Positions 21,501-28,920 of a stretch of 64,000 bases of DNA are shown in pieces. The notes beneath the pieces are model-generated. The model searched no databases. It was not told the DNA's origin and saw only the letters and a list, made by a program, of their open reading frames with translations. The number at the start of each line of letters is the position of its first letter. Position 1 is the stretch's first letter. The position numbers were made by a program, and so were the translations under genes. Source of the stretch: Orbicella franksi (taxonomy: Eukaryota); NCBI GenBank assembly GCA_964199315.1, contig OZ116699.1, forward strand, positions 14,446,001 to 14,510,000, written 5' to 3'.

Positions 21501-23356
21501 CTGCTTATGTTTTGTAGGTTGAGACCACTCCAGCTCAAAATTGAAGGACAAACAGAAAACCTCCCAAAAAGTTACAAAATTGAAGTAAAAAAATGGTTAA
21601 TCCTGAATTAGCTTAATCTGGCTTTGAAGAACCCGGAGCTGTACACTTTCCTATCCTCTGGTTCAGCTAAAAGACAGTCTAAATACCTTTTGCTCACAAT
21701 CAGAAAGTAATCAGGTGTTGAATAGGCTTGTCACTTCCATTTTATGACATAAAACGTAGGGGTAACCACCCGTTTTTTAAAGTTATTGATCTTTTTTGAA
21801 ACCTACCGTGCCCGTTACATTTTTTCCTGTCACCTCCCCAGTAAGTAAAACATTTGCGTATCTCGCACTTGTTTTGCGCGCGCACTACGCCATCTGCGGG
21901 TACATGTTTACAGTTGGATTTCAGTATAATTTTCGACAGATAACAGCTAGGTTTTCAGCTGGAAGACGTTAACAGTTAGTGGTTAGCGATATGCTGTTAT
22001 TCTGGTGTTCCTGGTTTAAGTATAGGTTCGTTAAACTTGATTTGATCACAGTAGGAAAATTTTGCTTTCATTTTAGTTGTGTACTTGGTAGCGTAGTTCA
22101 TTGCGTCAATGTCAACCCAGCGCGCGCGTGGAAGGCACCGTCCTTAAGGGCCCATTAACCGATTCATGCGCGCGCTCGCGCGCGTTGCTAAGGAGGTGAA
22201 ATTTCACTTCCGGTCACTTACGTCAGCCTGAGCACGGAAAATAAAAACAACTCAAAAACTTGCAAATTCGCTTACATTTTAGATGTTTTTCTTTGTGTTT
22301 GGCAAAATGCAAAGTAAAAAAAGTACAAGCAAAGACAAAATAGGAGAAAGAGAGAAAAACAAGAGCAATAGAAAGAGAAAAACTAACTCCGTGTGGCTTT
22401 GTTTGATCTTCCCGAAGTGCGCTGGTAATGTATATTGCGCACGCGCTGATAGGGTAACTCCCAATACATATCGGGCGCACTTCCGGTTTCTTTAAATGCT
22501 AAAGGAAACCCGGTTTTTCATTAAATCCAGCCTTTTTCGACGAATTTCGATTAAAGCCAATGTTGGCAACATAGCTATGCATTTCTTTTTCAAAATCATG
22601 CTTTTTTCAGAAAATTACGAATTTTTCAATATTTTGAAGTGCTTTCAAAATCTGACCTTTTAGAAATGAAACAAAATCAATGCATAGCGTAATGAGGATT
22701 TAAATGAAAATATTAAATCAATGAAAAAAATCCCGAGAAAGTAATTTGCCTGAGAGCCTTTGCTTTTTTTCTGTATTAGTCACATGACCATGGGCGTGGC
22801 CTGATGACGTCATCACTAGTGTTACTGATCATGAAAAAGTTAAAACACATGAAATAACTCTGAAGTAACTAAAAATGAGGAGGTTATATGAGAATAAATT
22901 TTCCTTAGCAACGGCTCGAAAAGATCGGTTAATGGGCCCTTAAGAAAAAGGAAAGAACTCTATTAGTTACATGTCTCTATACCTTTCAGCGGTCTCACAA
23001 AATAAAGTGCATCTGAAAACATGTGATTTTATTGTATTGTAGTTTCTATTAACTTGCAAAAGAACGATCTTAACTTTATCGTAGAGTTGGGCATGTTCTT
23101 AAAGTTTCGCCAACCTTAGTCTCATTATGATTTTAGTGATGATCTTACTTTAGCCGCAATCACGTGGGTCGTCACGTAAAGCCCCTGAGGGCTTTGCGTG
23201 ACGAACCACGTGACCGCCGGTTCGATGTGATGAACCATTGGCTGCTAAGGAGACCTATGTGAACGTTGCTGTATGTTTCTTTTTCAGGTTGTATCAGTTG
23301 AGGATGTATGTATGCCACTTTACGTGACAGTATCATTAATGTTTCCGCCATCTTAA
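536..23356 (+). CDS. BTBD16: BTB/POZ domain-containing protein 16-like (BTB + BACK, germ cell-less/BTBD16 family), 19 coding exons, probably 5'-partial
   Basis: Hand-spliced exons, all GT-AG with matching phases: 536-725, 3249-3394, 12261-12419, 13046-13213 (alternative in-phase acceptor 13061), 13541-13661, 14608-14677, 15084-15146, 15279-15346, 16279-16357, 17230-17270, 17390-17426, 18007-18061, 18600-18682, 18866-18943, 19114-19215, 19680-19757, 20498-20558, 21414-21463, 23288-23356 (TAA). From ATG547 the total is 1707 nt = 568 aa + stop. Peptides match my recollection of human BTBD16 colinearly: DVVVHALDTTWELHKPYLQKS; FKLRIRDPLITKQTFALALSALY; DVVGVLAAASFLGF; CERWLELNLIPQ; FLSHLPQDLLERCLKSTKLFTWSEYSLYKTL; MNLVPQTWLLRIYSQHYHALQGGGDM; C-terminal CMPLYVTVSLMFPPS*. 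Confidence 0.9.
1010..1262 (+). mobile_element. tRNA-derived SINE (V-domain-like), CpG-decayed
   Basis: A-box TGGTGCAGTGG, B-box-like GGTTTGATTCC, central GGGTTTTTCTCAGGGTTCTCCAGTCTTCCTCCC resembling the V-SINE core, AT-rich tail; internal 12-bp tandem duplication GAGTTTGTTGTT. Confidence 0.7.
1510..1709. mobile_element. Degenerate pogo/Tigger-type MITE
   Basis: TA|CAGCAGAATCC ... GGGTTCCACTG|TA: imperfect TIR (8/11) with TA flanks. Confidence 0.4.
2548..3141. mobile_element. piggyBac-type MITE (about 594 bp)
   Basis: TIR CCCATTAACTCCT / AGGAGTCAATGGG (12/13); right flank TTAA, left flank TTGA (mutated TSD); CCC...GGG termini. Confidence 0.75.
3834..5100. mobile_element. Non-autonomous DNA transposon (about 1.27 kb) with subterminal TCGAGTT-type heptamer arrays
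   Basis: 29-bp TIR CAGTACTATTCAAATGTAAGTTGACAGTC versus reverse complement of 5072-5100 (25/29); TA on the right flank; degenerate TCGAGTT/TCAAGTT repeats near both ends; no coding capacity seen. Confidence 0.7.
5942..6277 (-). pseudogene. Decayed HIRAN-like small ORF inside the pogo element, divergent from the transposase
   Basis: Manual minus-strand translation across two frameshifts and two stops: FEIDS//GYHAY*DDWKSCQGEVLQAIPEPSNVVDKYAACVFKDGEVVGHLKRG*//ATDQHSSCSVVIKADKAVNFGDGEGMQVPCKLILAGQEKFVNILKKELECLEN*. The pattern GYH.Y...W....GE.L....EP.N..DKYA..V......VGHL resembles HIRAN-fold sequences. Absent from the ORF track because it is broken. Confidence 0.7.
6324..6801 (-). repeat. 3' LTR of the Bel/Pao element (478 bp)
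   Basis: Direct repeat of 9395-9868; 7 mismatches in the first 122 nt compared by eye, mostly CpG-type transitions. Confidence 0.95.
6934..7845 (-). pseudogene. Bel/Pao integrase C-terminal half + DUF5641
   Basis: ELKRYGMVFTCSASCVIHLETANA/LTTDSFLNALRRF...SDRGTNFVG, NPPSASHRGGVWERQIRS, EAEAIVNSRPLT, PLTPDHLL, RWRRVQHLANDFWNRWKKDFL, VLERPIQKLVLL; the HHCC finger and first catalytic Asp are missing. Confidence 0.9.
7846..9183 (-). pseudogene. Bel/Pao gag remnant (coiled-coil region + start of DUF1759)
   Basis: ORFs 8296-9051 (coiled coil) and 7729-8280 (LPEPGIFSRDLLQYPVWINAFETLIE...ERLHFLGMYVTGDAKEVVDGF...AKEILAKRFGDP); stops and frameshifts; truncated at about 7845. Confidence 0.85.
9395..9868 (-). 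repeat. 5' LTR of the Bel/Pao element (474 bp)
   Basis: Direct repeat of 6324-6801 with TG...CA ends. Confidence 0.95.
10268..11824 (+). pseudogene. Tigger/TIGD-like DD30D transposase pseudogene (CENP-B-type HTH domains + DDE_1)
   Basis: N-terminal HTH (YEAIKKIESGCSNKNVAADYDVSHSPLSTWLK), second HTH (LDQALYTWFVQMRQQGVPVSGPVLREKA...ASNGWFNRWK), catalytic motifs NADEFGLFY, VVDNYPAH and QPMDRGVI with 30 residues between D2 and D3; several stops and frameshifts. Confidence 0.93.
14831..14925. repeat. (GCCT)n and (GATT/GACT)n microsatellites
   Basis: gcctgcctgcctgcct ... gattgattgactgactgactgactgactga. Confidence 0.8.
16914..17125. mobile_element. MITE with CAG termini and a 5-bp TSD (hAT5-like candidate)
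   Basis: TIR CAGCGCTCGAAAAAA / TTTTTTCGAGTCCTG (13/15); CCTAT directly flanks both ends (16909-16913, 17126-17130). Confidence 0.65.
17547..17852 (+). mobile_element. tRNA-derived SINE, family 1, copy A
   Basis: Head GGAAGGCACGGTGGCCACATGGTTA, B-box GGTTCGAGCTC, core CCAAGTGTATAAATGGGT, 3' TATGCAGACTTT; homologous to 18201-18460 and 20726-21024. Confidence 0.9.
18201..18460 (+). mobile_element. tRNA-derived SINE, family 1, copy B (internal deletion)
   Basis: GGAGGCTCGGTGGCCTCATGGTTAGTGCGCTCG...CACCCAGGTGTATAAATGGGTACC...GTATGCAGAC; lacks about 40 nt around the B-box. Confidence 0.88.
19798..19971. mobile_element. pogo-type MITE with TIRs related to the 5428-12146 element
   Basis: GCGTTGAACCCCGCTATTTCGTACTC ... 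GAGTTCGAATTAGCGGGGTCCAACTG. Confidence 0.7.
20726..21067 (-). mobile_element. tRNA-derived SINE, family 1, copy C: young, duplicated 5' head, 15-bp TSD
   Basis: Full body 20726-21024 with CpGs retained and a (TTTACC)n tail; 38-bp head repeated at 20984-21021 and 21030-21067; TSD TGCCTGAGCCCGTAG at 20711-20725 and 21067-21081. Confidence 0.93.
22148..22939. mobile_element. Kolobok-type non-autonomous element (792 bp)
   Basis: Perfect 16-bp TIR GGGCCCATTAACCGAT / ATCGGTTAATGGGCCC; perfect TTAA TSD (22144-22147, 22940-22943); RR...YY termini; subterminal inverted GTTGCTAAGG / CCTTAGCAAC. Confidence 0.85.
23160..23213. repeat. Hairpin (25-bp arms, 4-nt loop), probably the core of a palindromic MITE (about 23117-23257)
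   Basis: TCACGTGGGTCGTCACGTAAAGCCC-CTGA-GGGCTTTGCGTGACGAACCACGTGA, 23/25 complementary; outer TAGTCTC...GGAGAC-like ends. Confidence 0.8.
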
Positions 23357-23523
23357 AGATGTGGCTTGAAAATTATCATTGTTTGTCTGATATGTAGATA
23401 GATTCTCCCGCTTCTGCTGAGTGCTTTTTATACAAATGTGAAATCCTATCTGTAAATAGTGAAAATAAGAATTACGAGTGTAAAAAGATATGAGTTAAGC
23501 GTCACATGCTCCTTGCTTTTAAT

Positions 23524-23529
23524 AATAAA
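23524..23529 (+). terminator. Probable polyadenylation signal of the BTBD16-like gene
   Basis: AATAAA about 170 nt after the stop codon, followed by GT/T-rich sequence. Confidence 0.55.
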
Positions 23530-25174
23530 GGTATATAACAGTCCTGTAAACTTGATGCTATGTTTTGTTCTTATCAGTGGAGAGAGGTGCGAAATGAGTA
23601 CGTATTTTTTTTCCTCGTAAAAGCCACGCGAAATTCTACACCGACATCTATACTACTTGGTATGGTTACCCATCACACCAAGAGTGATATTGCTGGTCTG
23701 TAATATGACTTGTTTGTCAAGTTTGAGTGTGAACTATATACGTATGGTGTGATAGTACGTATTGGTCTATTGGAATGACCAAATCTCGTCACAGACTCTT
23801 CAAACAAAATACTGAATCTCCTGGTTTCTGTTGGAGAATCACTGGGAATCAACCGACAATCATTCGCAGCAAATCTTTAAGAAGCGGCCATTTCATTCCG
23901 TACGAACATTGGGGAGCAGGGGGGTGGCGGGGGGTTGGGAGGAGAGAAGGAAAGCTTTCTGTTTCTTTCTACTCCTCTGTTATCTTATTCCCGACGAGGA
24001 GCTCACAGTCTTAACTACACTAGCTATATGTATAACGCTGATAAGGGACGTAACAAACGCATTTTTTTTTCACGGAGCCCATTAATGTTTCACTGTTTTG
24101 GAGCCCTGCTAGGCTGGATGTCCGCCGCTCACTCGAGTGCGGTCTCCTTTCTCGAGCAGCCGCTGGTAATCGAGCCTTAGCCCTGGCAAAAAAAAAAATT
24201 ATATTTGAATAATTCCATTTTGGATGATTTAGGTCATTTTATTATTATTTTTTTGTTCTGTTTTCTTTCTTCCTGTTTATTTCCCATGGGTAGCCCCTGA
24301 AAACCCCGAGGACGTTTTACTGTACATGGCACTGTCTTAAAAAAATTCACTCTTATGCAACCGTAGTGTTGACTTTCAGCAACATCTCGGCATACCGGAA
24401 CCGGTAAGTGATCAGACTGAGACGTGAGACGATGCGATAGATACTTGACAATAGGGAAAGGGCGTAAATTATGAAGTGTTCGGGCTTGTAAGGGAGCCTT
24501 TCTGTATGACCGCCAAAATCCTGCAGGGTGATTTCATCTTCAGAGCTTAGTTTTAAATCGAGTTTCAGTCCATCCGGCTGAAAAATTTGGTACTGCCGAC
24601 ACAAACTAATACGGTTTTGTAAAACCACACTTATGAAGGTTAAGACCGGCAATTGATCAGTTTGCAGTTACACGGAGAACTGTTGGCGACCAGAAAATAG
24701 TTCAGATAATTGGCTTGACCTGACGAAGTATTTTTTAAGGACAGTACACGCAACGAAGCACGTAGTAGAACGACTAGCCTGTGTAGCAAGAATTTCCGTA
24801 CGTACAAAGAGCTTTTTCCGCATTCTGGCCAAGCGCAAATTGGAACGGGAACAAAAAAAGCGACGAAGTAGGGGTGGTACATACTACGCATGCAAAATGT
24901 TTTTATAACGGGAAGCTGGAAAATTACCGATGTCTGTATGAACTTCTATTCACTCATGAATTCCGCCCTTGACTGAAAAACCGGCGTGAGTTTTTAAAAT
25001 TATGGACCTTAATGTTTTCCTGGATGTTTTCAATAATGTTTGTACAAGAACTCGTTCGGACTACACCATTGGTATATCTTGCATTTTCCTCCATCCAATT
25101 TTCAATAGATTTTTATATAGATACAGTATATATATACAGTGAAAACTGTATATTTTTTTCTTGCGAGTGAAATC

Positions 25175-25546
25175 TAAGCACTTCCTGTCGGCGCCTTTGC
25201 TGGTTGTCGGCGTCGCTTTATAGCGCGCGCAAACTTCCCGCGCTCAAGTTCTCGACCAATCAAATGGCGCGGCAGCAACGTAACAATGAGCCGAGTTCGT
25301 GTGTCACACTTGACCCAGAACAACATGGGAAGTTGACGAGGTTTTGTGTTGTGTACGGTTTAAATGCATTCTTCGGTCTTTTTTCGGCTCTTTTACGCCT
25401 CCTAAGTTTGCATCATGGCTCTTTATACTAGTCTGAATGGTAGAGAGGAAGTTATGTTGTGTTTATAGCGACGACTACGTGAAAACATGCAAGTGGAGAC
25501 TTGCCAACTCCTGCGAAGGACGAGGTGCCAGAAGATCGAGGTATGT
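25175..25546 (+). promoter_or_regulatory. CpG-rich promoter-like segment ending in a strong 5' splice site (unknown transcription unit)
   Basis: ETS-like CACTTCCTG, GCGCGCGC, CCAAT (GACCAATCA) next to YY1-like AAATGGCG; donor GAG|GTATGT at 25540/25541; followed by CpG-poor, intron-like DNA. Confidence 0.4.
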
Positions 25547-28500
25547 TGGAATATTTTTCTCCTCACTAGCTAACGATTCAAATAACACTTTGATAGGTAT
25601 GCTGAAACGTTCGATAAGTCTCCAAACTATGAAACTAATGTAACTTTGATGCCGGTTTAAGCTTGGTTTTGTAACGCGAAGGTGATCTGCGTTTGTCCTG
25701 TTTTCTGTAACCTTTAAACTTCATACGTTTCTATACAGCTTGTTTTCTTGTTTTTCTATTAGCTATTTTAATCATTTTGATACCCATTTGGTGTTTTCTA
25801 TGTGCAACTGGCTGGTAAATATTTCAAGCTTCGTTCCTGATTTTGTTATTGCACGTTGTGGGGGAGGTGGAGTATTAAATATCTGGGGTGTGCATGGGGC
25901 GTGCAGTTGGTGTGGTTTAGTGTTTTTTTCGGTCATTTGAGGGTCATTTGGATGATTGGATTTTTTGGGATGTATCATGTTTAGGATCCATGAGATCTAT
26001 CAGATCCTATTAATTATACATGTAAAAGGCTATGAAATGCCATTCATATTCATGTGAAATAAATTTATAATAGACTTGTTGAATTTTTTTCTTAAGCTCT
26101 GTTTTTGTCTCTCCAATTTTTTTGTGGCTTCTGTCTGCCTTCATCAGAACTGAAAAGGTTGGTTATTGCTTGCACAACAAGCTTTTGTTTTATCATTTCT
26201 AATAATGGTAATGATGATGGTTTTATTGGATGCCATCTTACTTTGTAACTGGTTAATATTATTATTAAATCATCAATACTTAACTGGAACTTGTGCCACT
26301 ATAGGAGTTTTATGGCATTTTTCTGGCTTTTTTTGCCTCTCATTGGTTGTTGGGTAAGATATCTTTACTTAACAGAGTCTATCCTGGTCGTAAATAATTT
26401 TCCAGCAAGAAAGCTGCAAAAACAAGGTTTCCACAGCATTGTACAGTGCATGTAATTCATTACTTTTGCAAAACTGCTATGACCTGTGTGCAATATTTCC
26501 TCACTGGACTGTATTTATTTTGTAAGTTCTATGCCTTAAGATTACAACTGCCTCAGACTCAATATCCCATGGATTTCATTAGATTTCCATAGATTTGCTT
26601 GAGCAATGCTAAATTTCAAAATGCCTTCTCACCAAAAACAACAACATTTACATGTTCAAATTTCAAAGGCACTTTTGGTCTTAACTGATGTGTCCAGACG
26701 TAATAATTATGTTATAGTTCAATTATTGAACTATACATTGCATAAATCAGAAGTGAATTGTGTAGCAACTTGAGCAATTGTACTAAAAATATGTAGTGAA
26801 GGTGGTATGATAGTCATCAGCTTATGCGAGCTCACACGTGTAAAACTGGCTTCTTGTGTCTAAAGCTAACAAGAAACAAAAGAACTTTAGACTCTAGACA
26901 CGTAGTGTTTCTCATGAATTTGTGATAAATAGGCTTCAATAAATGTGAGCCACAAAGCAGTGAAAAACAATTATTCTAGAAGCAGTAAGCAAGAATAGGT
27001 TTTCCTGTCTCACTTGCTTTGACTGCCCTGATGGCTTTTTCACTTCATTAACAGAAAGAACGAAAGAAACCCTCTGGGGGCCCTGGTAGTATTGTAAATA
27101 AAAATAAAATACCAATAGTGGGAAAACAATAGGGTACCTCATACATACTATTGTGTCTTGCTGTGCTTGCATTTTTTATTCCTGCTGTGCATATGTGCAC
27201 ATACACTTCCTTGTGCTCTTTTGGCATGAATTTGTGGTTGTTTTCGTGTATCTCTGACCTGTACTGTACATTTTAGCCCTGCGAAACTTAAACCAATTAC
27301 TTCCCTTGGGGAAATAGAAGGTGGAAGCTTAGTAGATTTGTAAGTGTTATTCAAATACAAACATGCTTGAAGGCTTGTGACTGCTGTTGCACACTTAACA
27401 TGTTAAGCCTATGACTCTTTTCCTGAAGCACTTGTCATGAAAGTACATTGATTGTACTGCATCCTTTAAAAATCGCCATCACGAATTAATTTAATTTCAA
27501 GAAAATCCTGTGACAAGATCTCAGCAAGAAGTCTACAAATTATGACATATAAAGGCTTAAAATGACAAAAACAACAGTGCCTGTAACTGTAGCAGAGGGT
27601 GTTAGTAAAAAAACCCTGCGCATGAGTCTGTCTCTTTGAAACACTGAACTTCAACAAGTAAATTTAGAACTGGCTGCTTAACAAGTGGAGGCAACTTAAT
27701 AGGTACCTGATTAACACAAGTTTGACTGTGCTAAGTAATTCACTGCTGGCAATTCATAGCAAGTAGATCATGATTCCCAATTAATTATTACATGTACTCT
27801 CCATATAGATTTCCTTTTGTCAACAAGGTATTTTTTAACACAGAACCTCCATATAGCAATACTGTACCACCCATACTCCCATTCTCTTTTGATCTCCCAC
27901 GATACCCTGCCATGTACATGTACATGTAGTGCCTGGGATGGAGATTTTTGCTAAATAAGTGAAAGCAAACTTGGAGATTCATCAAAACAGCGTGCACTTC
28001 ATGGTGTATTTCAGCAAAGGAAACATTTATGTCTTGTCAGAATGTCATGACTTGTCAGGATTACATGTAGTTCCTGGGAGATCTTTTGTGACTTGCATCC
28101 TTGTAACAAAAGATCCAGACAAAATGCTACAAAATAAAAATAAAATAGAAAGTACACTGCAGAAATCATGTGAGGTGGTATGAAATACTACCCATGGCTT
28201 GACTTAACCTGCGTGATGTGCCACTGAAGAATACCAAACAGGTACAATTAGGTATAACAATTGATTGTCAGTTTGACATGACTCGAGATTGATTATTATA
28301 TTTATTGTATACTATTTCTACATGTATATATGCTATGAGTTAACCCCAGAAACCAACCGTCTGTGAACAGTAACAGTTTACCATAACAAATAACTTTACA
28401 TGCAATTGTACAGGTCTGAATGTACATACATGTATAATAGAGAAATCATATGTGCACCCCACCCCCACCCCTCATGATTTGGAAAACTGGCTTGATGAAC

Positions 28501-28837
28501 CTGGAAGGGCATTTATATATTAATTTTCTATGTGAGTTTTAGACCCTTGTTGTTTATTACAAATTATGATGACTGCTTTTGTAATAACTGATCTATAGAA
28601 ATTCATTGAAATATAGCTCCTCAGGGATGCTTATCAAATTTTTGGAGCTCAGTCATCATTTAGGGTCCTTTTCGCTCCATGTAGCATCTAAGGCCTCCCC
28701 AGTAATCCTATTGAGGCCTTCCATGCTGGGATGCTATTGTAGTTCTACTTTGAAAATGTTTGTGAAGTGCCAAACTGTAACCATAAAGTTGATTTATTGT
28801 CATTAATTGATTTTTAGTAATAAATGAATAACTTAAT

Positions 28838-28920
28838 AAATGAATGAATAAATAAATTAGTCTATTTATGTATGTAAGTATTTATTTATTTATTTATTTA
28901 CTTACTTACTTACTTATTTA
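28838..28920. repeat. (AATA/TATT/TACT)n microsatellite cluster
   Basis: aataaatgaatgaataaataaat ... tatttatttatttatttatttacttacttacttactta. Confidence 0.8.

Noticed and set aside
21271-21550. Exon-like segments at 21281-21342 and 21518 onward in the last BTBD16 introns
   Set aside because: They introduce stops in the required phase; exon 18 (21414-21463) and exon 19 (23288-23356) complete the homologous C-terminus without them.
24110-24200. GC-rich segment followed by an A-run, resembling a retroposed small RNA
   Set aside because: The end GCTGGTAATCGAGCCT looks like one arm of a palindromic MITE family I recognise from memory; no RNA-gene structure is evident.
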